IMG/VR virus record: IMGVR_UViG_3300031470_000033
Location: 14,222-78,221 of that record
Source of the DNA: a virus
DNA length: 64,000 bases
Direction: 5' to 3' (one strand)
Shown here: positions 1 to 8,642 of the stretch, one piece after another
Layout of the letters: every line of letters begins with the position of its first letter
How positions within the stretch are numbered: position 1 is the first letter of the stretch
Made by a program: the position numbers and the translations under genes
The notes under the pieces: model-generated
Database searches by the model: none
Seen by the model: only the letters and a program-made list of their open reading frames with translations
Told to the model about the DNA's origin: nothing

Positions 1-697
1 GGTAGGCCAGGCTCTGCTGCATCAGGGACGCGATGGTCGGATCGCTCGCCGTCGCGCCCTTGCCGTCCAGGCCGCCCGTGAACGCTGTGCCGGGGGCCGC
101 GACCGCAACGCCTGGATACGCGGTCGCGCTGTTGACGGCCGAAACGGTGACGACCGACGAGGGATTGGCGACGGGTTGCGCGCCTGCGATACGGTCAGCG
201 ATAGCCTGCCACGACGAGAGGTCTCCCTGCGCGCTTGTGATGGCAAAGACGGGCGCGTTGGCCGCCGAGGTATCCACGACGATCACGGAGGTAATGGCGC
301 TGGTGGCGCCGCCCACGGTCGTCTGCACCGCTAGCGCGTTGCCGCGTGAGCCGGCGTACGCGCCGATCCCTTGTAGCGTCAGGCCACCGAGAGTGGCCGA
401 AGCGCGGGTAACGCCGACGCGGCAGCCGACGATATTGATGGGCGAGCTGCGGCGCGTTTGCGCCTGGCTCCCCAACACCTGGATGCCCAGCGGGCCGGTA
501 TAGCCAAGGGACAGGGGCGACGAGGCGAGACCATAGACCTGTTGCGCCTGCTGAGGAGACAGGTTGGGAATCGGCACGTCCGGGCCTTGCGGCGCGGTGA
601 AGTAGGCGGCGACGCTATTGGCTGCGTTGCCGGCGGTGAGTTGTGTCGCCACCTGCGTCGGGTTAACGACCGTCTTGGATGGAGCGTACGGGGGCAT
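1..697 (-). CDS. Tail sheath protein, N-terminal part (runs off the left edge; not in the ORF track)
   Basis: GGAGG RBS then ATG at 697; my translation MPPYAPSKTVVNPTQV...GAYAGSRGNALAVQTT...AFTGGLDGKGA has the sheath-type G..GN.L.V and F.GG.DG motifs; follows neck/terminator genes. Confidence 0.75.
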   Translation of the reverse strand, partial: MPPYAPSKTVVNPTQVATQLTAGNAANSVAAYFTAPQGPDVPIPNLSPQQAQQVYGLASSPLSLGYTGPLGIQVLGSQAQTRRSSPINIVGCRVGVTRASATLGGLTLQGIGAYAGSRGNALAVQTTVGGATSAITSVIVVDTSAANAPVFAITSAQGDLSSWQAIADRIAGAQPVANPSSVVTVSAVNSATAYPGVAVAAPGTAFTGGLDGKGATASDPTIASLMQQSLAY

Positions 698-882
698 GGC
701 GTGAACCTCCATCCCGTCGCGTGACACGAGGTGACGCAACAGGGTGGCTAAGGGCCACGCCCACGCGTGACCAGAGAACGGAGGGGGAACGAACAGGACC
801 GACGATGCGGAACAGCAACGGCAGCGGCAGCGGCAGCGTCAGCGCGCGCGTCAGCGCGCGCGTCAGCGCCGCACCCAGGGCA

Positions 883-1626
883 TCATGGGATGATGGTGCG
901 CGTCACGCTGACCAGTGAGGGAACAGGCGCGAGCGCGCCAGGGAGATACATGGGCGCGCCCCCCTGCCCCTGCGTGGCGGGCAGCGCCGTTACAGCCAAT
1001 GCAGGGCGCGGGTAGGGCGACAGGGGCGCGTACCACGCGCACGCGATGTCGGCCACCAGCGTCACCGTGGCGCGATAGATCTGGCCGTAGGGGCGATCAT
1101 CCGACAGGCGCGGTTCCGGCGCCTGATCGGCGGCAAAGCGTTTGGACACAATGCCGGAGTCGTCCAGTTTGTGCAAAACGATGGCGGTCTGTGTGGCGCC
1201 CGAGGGCAGCACGGCGTACGCGGTCTGCATGCTCCAGCGCAGGTAGCTCATCAGGTATGTGCGCTGGGCCTGGTCGAGCGCCGCTATCTCGAACACGATC
1301 TGCGAGTCGGTCGCTTCCTCGCCGAACGTGGCGTATCCACCAGGCGTGCGGTCGATGGCGACGATGTTGTCGCCCGAATTGATCGGTTGCGGCCCCAGGC
1401 GCACCTGCACCGCCACCTGTGGGTACTGCGCCTCTTCATCGGCCAGGATAGACGCCACGCGCACCGTCAACGGGGCGCCCGTATCATCTATGAGGGGCGC
1501 GAACAGGGGTTTGATAATGGCGCACACGTTGCGCACGGCGTCGTCGCCGAAGCCCGCGATGGTCTGGATGGGCGACGCCGTGAAGACATAGGCCGACGAC
1601 TCCGGGGGCGCGGACGACTGCGACAT
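883..1626 (-). CDS. Putative tail terminator/tail completion protein
   Basis: 247 aa, immediately upstream of the sheath gene; call is from synteny only. Confidence 0.5.
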   Translation of the reverse strand: MSQSSAPPESSAYVFTASPIQTIAGFGDDAVRNVCAIIKPLFAPLIDDTGAPLTVRVASILADEEAQYPQVAVQVRLGPQPINSGDNIVAIDRTPGGYATFGEEATDSQIVFEIAALDQAQRTYLMSYLRWSMQTAYAVLPSGATQTAIVLHKLDDSGIVSKRFAADQAPEPRLSDDRPYGQIYRATVTLVADIACAWYAPLSPYPRPALAVTALPATQGQGGAPMYLPGALAPVPSLVSVTRTIIP

Positions 1627-1657
1627 GGGCGCCCCCTATCCGTTCTACGCCCTAACT

Positions 1658-2125
1658 TTATAGATCGGCGGCGAAAGCGTAGGCCGCGAAGTGAGTGCGC
1701 ATCTCGCGCACGCGAGGTGACGCCCACGCGCGGGCCGCAAAGTCGTTCGCCGCCCGGCCCTTTGTCATGTCTGACGCCGACGCCGACGCCTGTGCCGTTG
1801 CCTGCGGGCGTCCTCGCGCGCCCTGACGACGCGAGGGCGAGGACGAGGCGCGCACCCCTCGTGTCGTCGTGCGCGTTATTGTGCGTGGGGACGACCCCGT
1901 GCGCACGAACTCACCGTCATGGACCATGCGCAATTCGCCCATCAGGTGGCCGGTCGGCACGAAGCGCACGCTCAGTTGCAGGCGTCCTGTACGGCGCGGG
2001 GCCTGCGCCTGTGTTTCCTCGGCCCACGCCTCGCCCACGGCCAGCAAGGCGGCGTCGGCACCCTGATCAAGACGTTCCAGCAGGGCCGCAACCGCGCCAC
2101 TTAAGCTCTCGTGTGACGCCACCAC
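1658..2125 (-). CDS. HK97 gp10-like tail completion/neck protein
   Basis: AQAPRRTGRLQLSV resembles the AP..TG.L..SI motif; C-terminal GRAANDFAARAW; position in neck cluster. Confidence 0.6.
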   Translation of the reverse strand: MVASHESLSGAVAALLERLDQGADAALLAVGEAWAEETQAQAPRRTGRLQLSVRFVPTGHLMGELRMVHDGEFVRTGSSPRTITRTTTRGVRASSSPSRRQGARGRPQATAQASASASDMTKGRAANDFAARAWASPRVREMRTHFAAYAFAADL

Positions 2126-2131
2126 GGCGGG

Positions 2132-2452
2132 TTAGCCGATAGACGGCGTGGCTATCGCCGCGCCCGGACGCGCGGACGCCGCCGATGGGGGCGGGGGCGT
2201 CACAACACTGGCTGTCGCCGTCGCCGTATCAGCAATGATCGTCGCCGCCTCCTTGGCGGCTTTAGCCGTGCCCGCGCTGGGGTCGGTGTAGCCCGCGCGC
2301 CGCAACTCATCGGCCTCCTCCTGCGAGTCGGCCGTGACCGTGCCGTCCGCTCCCGTCAGGTAGTAGCGCCCCGAGCGCACGGTATAGGATGCGTGGTAGT
2401 CCGGCGCGCGCAGCACGAGCGCGTTGTCTGCTTTTGTCGTCGTGGTCGCCAT
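2132..2452 (-). CDS. Hypothetical virion-associated protein (Ala/Thr/Pro-rich C-terminus)
   Basis: GAGG RBS before ATG 2452; lies in neck cluster. Confidence 0.5.
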   Translation of the reverse strand: MATTTTKADNALVLRAPDYHASYTVRSGRYYLTGADGTVTADSQEEADELRRAGYTDPSAGTAKAAKEAATIIADTATATASVVTPPPPSAASARPGAAIATPSIG

Positions 2453-2523
2453 AGCGTCGTGTCCTCTCTCTCGTCTCTCGTGAGCCATGCATCGCGTGGC
2501 GCGGGAATGTCATGCGTGGGGCG

Positions 2524-3129
2524 TCAGGTCCATGTCCCGGACACAGGGCCGCTCAGGTCTGGGACGGCCAGCCGATAGATGATGTCCGCTGGATCGCGCA
2601 TCTCAACAGCGCAGTGGTGCATCACGACCTGCCCGCCCAGCGTCTGCGGATCGTCCACGTCGGCGACCACGAAGCGCGTCGTCACCGTGGACGGCGGTAT
2701 CACGCGGACCACCACATCGTCTTTTTTTACGTCATGGTCGCCGGGGGCGAGGTAAAGCCGATCCTCGCTGTATTGCACGATGCCGTCATCCGTCTGCTGC
2801 GTCCGATTCTCGTTCTGTACCACGACCGCATCAATCGGGATGGGGTTCAGGTAGCCCCCCTGTTGCGGGGTTGTGACCGTCGCTGGGATGATGAAGCCTG
2901 TTCCAAAGCACGTCGGGTCGTTCGGACGCGTCACCTCGTGCCGGTCGGGGTCCCAACACGTCGGGCACGGCACAGCGCGTTGTCCTGTCGCGGGGTCAAT
3001 CGTCGTGGCCGTGATACGCACCGCCAGCCAGCAGCGTTGCGGCCCCGCCATCATGCGGACGCGATACAGCAGAGAGTCCCTGGCAAGCGTATAGGGATTG
3101 AACGACCCCATGCCCATCACTGGCTGCAT
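2524..3129 (-). CDS. Putative head closure/neck protein
   Basis: 201 aa, CPTC..C motif, beta-rich C-terminus (KKDDVVV...RFVVADV); synteny. Confidence 0.55.
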   Translation of the reverse strand: MQPVMGMGSFNPYTLARDSLLYRVRMMAGPQRCWLAVRITATTIDPATGQRAVPCPTCWDPDRHEVTRPNDPTCFGTGFIIPATVTTPQQGGYLNPIPIDAVVVQNENRTQQTDDGIVQYSEDRLYLAPGDHDVKKDDVVVRVIPPSTVTTRFVVADVDDPQTLGGQVVMHHCAVEMRDPADIIYRLAVPDLSGPVSGTWT

Positions 3130-3210
3130 CGCCCCCCCCCATGCCCGCTCAGTGGCTTCCAGGGCATAGCGCGCCCGTTGTGTCCGACACAGGGTGTCCG
3201 CTGCGCTGCG

Positions 3211-3645
3211 TTAGCCCGCTGTTTCCCGCTGAAATTCGTCCCAAATGATGCGGCCAGCCGCAGTAGGTCCTGTGTTTTGAGGGGAATACGATTCCGCCGG
3301 ATATAGATTTGCCTTCTCGAACCACACTTGCGCCTGCTTACTCAGAGCGGCGGCGCGGGCGGCCCAGTCAATGTTGCCGCCGCCACCAAGCTTGATGTCC
3401 TGGGACACCAACGCCGCGTTATTCGCCGCCACGGACAGCGCCTCGTAGGTGGCCCAGTCAAGGTTGCCCATGTTGTTTTGCAGGAACAGGGCGTACTCTT
3501 GGTCCGAAAACAGCACGGAGCGCTGGCCAAGGGCGCCCGTCACATTAGAGAAGTTTGTGTCAGAGAGACGCAAACGGAGCTGGTAGATAGGCGCGAGCGG
3601 GCCGGTCGTCGTGGGATTGTACGAGTAACTGGGACTATAAGCCAC
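3211..3645 (-). CDS. Head-tail adaptor/connector protein
   Basis: LRLRLSDT...LFSDQEY pattern typical of helical adaptor proteins; downstream of capsid. Confidence 0.6.
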   Translation of the reverse strand: MAYSPSYSYNPTTTGPLAPIYQLRLRLSDTNFSNVTGALGQRSVLFSDQEYALFLQNNMGNLDWATYEALSVAANNAALVSQDIKLGGGGNIDWAARAAALSKQAQVWFEKANLYPAESYSPQNTGPTAAGRIIWDEFQRETAG

Positions 3646-3667
3646 GGCGCGCTACCTCCCCTCTCAT

Positions 3668-4090
3668 CTAGCCACCGTGCTGCATCTGTTGCTGGCGTAA
3701 GTCGCCGCGCTGTGCCAGCGCGGCATCACGCTCGGCTTTCGTAGCCCACTGAGGCGACCAACCTCCCCACCATTTGCGTGCTTCCGTGATGCGTCCGGTG
3801 GCCTCATATTCGGCCACGCGCCCGCCCTGGGCGATGGCTTTTTCCAGAATGCCATTGGTCACGTCGAACGCGCCCGCCATGCCCAGGTCGCGCCGCACCG
3901 CGTCAAGGGATGCGCCTGCTTCACGCCGCCGGTAGGCTTCTCCTAAAATCTGCTCACCCGACCCGTGGATGAGGTCCGACTCCAAACTGTCGAGCAGCGG
4001 GGAGTCCGTCGCGTCGTACGAGGGCGTGTCGGCGGGCTCCCAGGCGATGTCAGACGCGGCAGGACCAAAAGATTGAACAGGGTCAATCAT
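3668..4090 (-). CDS. Hypothetical protein
   Basis: 140-aa ORF between capsid and adaptor genes, same strand. Confidence 0.5.
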   Translation of the reverse strand: MIDPVQSFGPAASDIAWEPADTPSYDATDSPLLDSLESDLIHGSGEQILGEAYRRREAGASLDAVRRDLGMAGAFDVTNGILEKAIAQGGRVAEYEATGRITEARKWWGGWSPQWATKAERDAALAQRGDLRQQQMQHGG

Positions 4091-4233
4091 GCGCGCGGAC
4101 TCCCAACGTTAGACATAGAAAATGATGACTCCCACGCCTAAGGCTGTGGGCTTTACAGGCTAGCAATGTAAAGAGTTGTGGTGATATCACTCAGGAGGGA
4201 GTGGGCTAACCCACCCCCTCCTGTTCTTACGCT

Positions 4234-5454
4234 CTAGGCGCCCGCAAACTTCAAGGCGCTGAAATATTTGAATCCAGCCATGGCAAGCGAGAAGCTCCAG
4301 CCCAGCAAAATGTCGTCATGTGTCAACAAATACTCATCGGCGCTGCCGCCGTTGATGCCCTGGCGCTGCGGGATATTGCGCCACAGGGTGGGGCGCAGGC
4401 CCTTGCCGCGCTGCGTAATGTACATCAGGGGGCCGGCGTCGGCGCGCGGCAGGATGTAGTACGCGGTCGGGTTGGTCAGATAGCGCTCCAGGACCAGTTG
4501 CAGGAGGGGCTGCAAGATGGTCTGTCGCAGCGGGCTCTCGTTGCCGAGCGTCGTAATGGGGTTCGCTGTGCCGGCGGCAATCAGCACCGTACTGTTGAGG
4601 ATCTGTGCGGCCTGCTGCGCGAGGCTAGCGGGCACGACCAGATACTTGGCCGGCTCGTTCATCGGCACGCCCGACGGGTTGAGGTCGGGGTCGCCCGTGA
4701 AGGAGTTGACGGCGGCGAGGCCCGCCTGGATGTTGTTGGGGGAGAGCGCCGAGGCGGCGCCGGAGATGAGGTTGCCGGTGAGGCCACCCATCTGGGCGCT
4801 GGCGCGCGAGGCCGAGAAAATGGGCAGACCGTCATAGGTCAGGGGATTGCCTTCCAACCCGCTGCGAACCACGATTTTGTTGATAGTCCTATCAACGGCG
4901 TTGGTCATGCGGCCAGGCATCGAGTTCAGGAACTGGAGGTCGTCGTTCTCGATGACCTGGAAGGGCAGCGAGATGTAGCGGCCCCACTTCTTCAGAGAGA
5001 ACTGCAAGGTCTTGTCCGAAAGCGCGGAATCGCGGTAATCGCTCTCCTGGAAGATTTGCAGCGCGTCTTCCAACTGGGCCGGGAAGACGATGGTATTGAC
5101 CTTGAAGTTGATGACCTGCTCTTCGTGCGCGTAGGTCTTGAAGGCCGGGTCGTACTGCTTGAACCAGTCATCCAGGCGGCGGTACATCAGGTTGGCCATC
5201 AGGCCGGGCAAGTCCGATGTGCTGGCAGACTCACGAACCACGGCCGCATCAATTGAGTTGCCGTTGGCGTCGTGCGCGGTGGTCTCGCGGATGACGCTGG
5301 ACTGATGGTCATAGTCAATCGGCGAGAGACCCTGCGACTCGCGGGCGCGGCCTAGGGCGATACCGAACTCCTTGAGTGGCATGGACCCCAGGCGCGTCAA
5401 ATCGACGCCAGGGATGGCCGGGAAGGCGGGGACGGTGTTGGTGGCAGTAGCCAT
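4234..5454 (-). CDS. Major capsid protein (HK97 fold, Mu gpT-like)
   Basis: STSDLPGLMAN, KKWGRYISLPFQVIENDDL, DGLPIFS..GNL, KYLVVP motifs; RBS before ATG 5454; N-terminal ~90 aa look like a cleavable extension. Confidence 0.9.
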   Translation of the reverse strand: MATATNTVPAFPAIPGVDLTRLGSMPLKEFGIALGRARESQGLSPIDYDHQSSVIRETTAHDANGNSIDAAVVRESASTSDLPGLMANLMYRRLDDWFKQYDPAFKTYAHEEQVINFKVNTIVFPAQLEDALQIFQESDYRDSALSDKTLQFSLKKWGRYISLPFQVIENDDLQFLNSMPGRMTNAVDRTINKIVVRSGLEGNPLTYDGLPIFSASRASAQMGGLTGNLISGAASALSPNNIQAGLAAVNSFTGDPDLNPSGVPMNEPAKYLVVPASLAQQAAQILNSTVLIAAGTANPITTLGNESPLRQTILQPLLQLVLERYLTNPTAYYILPRADAGPLMYITQRGKGLRPTLWRNIPQRQGINGGSADEYLLTHDDILLGWSFSLAMAGFKYFSALKFAGA

Positions 5455-5598
5455 TGCTGTCGTTCCTCTAGTGGTGTTACGGCCGCACCACAAAAGAGGA
5501 GCGGCAGGGGAAGGGTGAAACGCGAGAGATAGACGGAAAGCGATAGACAGAGGGCGCGCAGCGGACGCGCGCGCGCTGTATGGACGCGACTGCGGGGG

Positions 5599-5994
5599 CT
5601 ACTGGGGGGCAAGCTCAACGAAGGCGGCGGTCGTCAGACCATACGCCTGAGCGGCGCCGGTGGTGGTGCCGATGAGCGTGTTGCCCGTGGCGGTCGCCGT
5701 CAGCGTCGAGGGGTAAGCCGTCGAATAGTAGTTGGGGCCGAACGCCTGCACGGTCGAACCGTTGGCAATCGTGGTCCCCGTGGCGTACAGGGGCGTGCCT
5801 GCCGCCGTGCCCGCGGGCACGGGCAGCAGCACTTCGCCATGCTCAATCAGGACGGTCGTCCCGCCAATCGCGCACGTCAAGACGGATGTGCCAATTTTGT
5901 TGAGTTCTTTCGCCAACTCGTTGGACACATGCGCGCCGGCCGCAGCCGGTACATCGACCACAGGTGAAAGACGCTTACGAATCGTTGTCGCCAT
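5599..5994 (-). CDS. Capsid decoration/cement protein (DUF2190-like)
   Basis: Small Gly/Ala/Thr-rich protein directly upstream of MCP, AGTPLY and TATATGNTLIG patterns. Confidence 0.6.
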   Translation of the reverse strand: MATTIRKRLSPVVDVPAAAGAHVSNELAKELNKIGTSVLTCAIGGTTVLIEHGEVLLPVPAGTAAGTPLYATGTTIANGSTVQAFGPNYYSTAYPSTLTATATGNTLIGTTTGAAQAYGLTTAAFVELAPQ

Positions 5995-6121
5995 GGTGCG
6001 GTTTTCCTCTAGTGATAATCGCGCCAGTGCTTCAAGGCGCGCAACAAAAAACCGCCTGCCCCAGTGGGCGGCGGCGTCAAGCGTGGGACGGTAACGGGTA
6101 GGGGTGGGAGCGACGACGACG

Positions 6122-6718
6122 CTACTTGTCCTCAGCGAAGGCGTAGGACTCGTGCTTCAGCAGCCAGTCGGCCCAGAGGCGTGGAACGGGCGTGACCTCA
6201 TTGGTCACAAAATGCACGCTCGGTCCGGCCATGTGCAAGTTGCCGGCATGCGGGCCGCCCTGCGCGGCGACTTCCTTGAGCTTCTCTTTGGTGATGGGGC
6301 CGCTGGCGACCGATGTCTGCAAGAAGGCGGCGACCTGCGCGCGGTTGCGCGTGGAGGGGACCACCACGTCGATATGTTCGTTGCCAACGGGCATAATTGA
6401 CGACGTTTGGGCGTCGCCCTCATCGACCACGGCATCAGTGTCGGGGCCATCGCCCACGGCGTACTTGCGGCCCACGTAGCGCAGGTTGACCAGCTTATCG
6501 CGCTCCTCGGCCGACGCGTAGCGCAGGGCGGCGAAGCGGCTGTCGGCGGGGACGGCGACAGCGCCACCCTCGCGCGGGGTCATGTCCTTTAGTTCATCGT
6601 TATCGACAGTCACGGTCGCGCCGTCAACCTCGCGGTCATTCTGACGCGTGAGGGCCTCAGCGCCGGACGCCGCGCCATCGAGAACGGTCTTGCCGTTCTG
6701 GTCTTTCATAGCTGGCAT
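6122..6718 (-). CDS. Hypothetical head-cluster protein
   Basis: AGGAGG RBS before ATG 6718; acidic; between protease and decoration genes. Confidence 0.55.
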   Translation of the reverse strand: MPAMKDQNGKTVLDGAASGAEALTRQNDREVDGATVTVDNDELKDMTPREGGAVAVPADSRFAALRYASAEERDKLVNLRYVGRKYAVGDGPDTDAVVDEGDAQTSSIMPVGNEHIDVVVPSTRNRAQVAAFLQTSVASGPITKEKLKEVAAQGGPHAGNLHMAGPSVHFVTNEVTPVPRLWADWLLKHESYAFAEDK

Positions 6719-6760
6719 GGATCTCTCGCCTCCTGGCGGTCCCCTGCTCGGGGCAATAAG

Positions 6761-6797
6761 ATAAACCATCTCCCTTCTCAAAAGGGAGATGGTTTAT
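6761..6797. terminator. Perfect 16-bp inverted repeat, terminator-like
   Basis: ATAAACCATCTCCCTT-ctcaa-AAGGGAGATGGTTTAT downstream of the protease/scaffold gene. Confidence 0.6.
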
Positions 6798-6861
6798 AGC
6801 GTGAACAGTCTGTGTGGCGTGACCCTATGGGAGACGCGCGTCTACCGTGAAAGCGCCGCTG

Positions 6862-8568
6862 TTAGTTAGAGAGCGTGCCGCTCACCATGCGGTCGAGAAT
6901 GGACATGGCCATGTCATTGACGGTCGCGGGCGCGGCCGGAGATGTATAGCCGCCCTCAGCGACCGTCGCCGCCTCGGTCTTCGGCGCGTTCGGCGCGGTC
7001 AAACCGGCGTTGCCGACAGGACCGGCGTTGCTCTCAGCGGTCGGCGCAGCCAAACCACCGCCCAGGCCCGTTAGCTGGCCCTTCTTCGGGGCAGTCGGAG
7101 CGGACTCTTCCTTGACTGGCGCAGCGGTCGGGGGCAGGGTCTCGGCGTAGGCGTTCGCCTCGCGCGTCACGGCTGCTTCAAGGTCCTCTTGCGCCGTGTA
7201 CGTGCCGCGCTCACCCATCGTCGCGCCGTCAAACGAGCGCGTCACGAACGCCACCTGCATGTCCGTGAAAGCGGGATTGCTCTCGCGCACGACCTTCTCG
7301 ACGTGTGCGGCCACGAGGCGACGATTCTCAACGGCGAGCATCTCATCGACCGTGCCAGCCAGTTCGGTGTTCTGCGCGGCTAGCGTATCCTTCTCGGCGC
7401 GCAGGGCCTCGGCCTCACGGATGATAGCCTGGATAGCGGGCGACTCCTTGATGGCCGCCTCCATGTCAATCGTGGGAGCCTGTGCCGGAGCGGCGGTCTC
7501 GCGCACGACGGGGTGCGCGGTGGCATACTCACGGCCAATCTTCTCGTAGAGCGCCTCGTTGGCGTCCTTGACTTCGTGCGGGGTCAGGTTATCTAGCAGT
7601 CCCATGGCGAACTCATGCTCCTCATGGATAAGCGCGGGCGTATCGGCCTCGCGTACGGTCATACCGCCCGCGCCCCCTTCGGGCACGAGACAAAAACCTT
7701 GATAGTTGAGCCAGCCAACAATATCCGAGCTGCCGGGACCGGCCCGTTTCCCGACCGCCTCCACGCTGACCCCGATGGTGTCGCCCGCCGCGTGGGCCAA
7801 ATCAATGGCTTGCAGGGCCATGGGCGTGCATTCCACATCGGCCATGACCCGCTTCACCACGGGGTCGTAGTGGACGGTCTCGCGCACGGCGACACACGCG
7901 AGGTCTTTGAGGCTGCGTTCGTCGCCGCGCATAATCGCGTCAACGGGCGCATGGTTCCAGAAACCCTTTTTACGTCGCTGCACCTCGGTCACAAGGGCTT
8001 CGAGCGCCTGTTCGGTATAGCGATTACCGAAGCGCTTGTTTCCGCCCCCCAGGGCCATCAGCACCATGCGGCGACGGTTAGGGTACTGCTGTTCAAGCGC
8101 CGCCTCGCGCACCAGCGCGCCCGTCATCTGCTCGGGAATAGCTGCGCCCGCGCGCCGTGCGGCGTCAGGGGCGTCTATGATAGGGATAGCGTCCATAGCG
8201 GATTCCTTAACGGCGCTACTGGTATCACCCTCGCGCTTGAGAGCGCGTGTGGGATGATCCTCTATGTGGCCCGTCCGCTTGTGGTCGGCGTCGTGCCTGT
8301 CAATGCGAGCGGTGCGCTTGTCGCCCCGTCCATGCATTTTGGTAATGTCGCCGCAGTGACGCTCACCCGACGACGCATGTCCATTGGCATGGCCTACACC
8401 AACGTGCAGCGCCCACGACACATGGTCGCCGTTGGCAAAGCCGTTGTCATCGGCGTCGTTGTCCTCGGCGGGTCCGCTGTAGCCGGGCGCGTCGTCGGCG
8501 TCGCCATCACCAGCGTCCTCGACGACGACGGCGCTCTCATCTTCATCAGCGCTTGTCGTGGTTGGCAT
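6862..8568 (-). CDS. Prohead protease fused to scaffolding domain
   Basis: GNRYTEQAL...GFWNH...IGVSVEAVG...VPEGGAGG protease-like core (His and Ser present) followed by a long Ala/Glu-rich helical region; sits upstream of capsid genes. Confidence 0.75.
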   Translation of the reverse strand: MPTTTSADEDESAVVVEDAGDGDADDAPGYSGPAEDNDADDNGFANGDHVSWALHVGVGHANGHASSGERHCGDITKMHGRGDKRTARIDRHDADHKRTGHIEDHPTRALKREGDTSSAVKESAMDAIPIIDAPDAARRAGAAIPEQMTGALVREAALEQQYPNRRRMVLMALGGGNKRFGNRYTEQALEALVTEVQRRKKGFWNHAPVDAIMRGDERSLKDLACVAVRETVHYDPVVKRVMADVECTPMALQAIDLAHAAGDTIGVSVEAVGKRAGPGSSDIVGWLNYQGFCLVPEGGAGGMTVREADTPALIHEEHEFAMGLLDNLTPHEVKDANEALYEKIGREYATAHPVVRETAAPAQAPTIDMEAAIKESPAIQAIIREAEALRAEKDTLAAQNTELAGTVDEMLAVENRRLVAAHVEKVVRESNPAFTDMQVAFVTRSFDGATMGERGTYTAQEDLEAAVTREANAYAETLPPTAAPVKEESAPTAPKKGQLTGLGGGLAAPTAESNAGPVGNAGLTAPNAPKTEAATVAEGGYTSPAAPATVNDMAMSILDRMVSGTLSN

Positions 8569-8585
8569 AGGCTATCTCCAATAGA

Positions 8586-8613
8586 AAAGCCGCACAGTTT
8601 CCTGTGCGGCTTT
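8586..8613 (-). terminator. Intrinsic terminator after the 926-aa gene
   Basis: AAAGCCGCACAG-tttc-CTGTGCGGCTTT, followed by a T-run on the minus strand. Confidence 0.65.
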
Positions 8614-8642
8614 GTCGTTAACGAGCAGCGACGGGCGGGGCG

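Noticed and set aside
817-870. Short tandem repeats (CGGCAG, GTCAGCGCGCGC) before the sheath gene
   Set aside because: Low-complexity intergenic repeats with no spacers or associated genes
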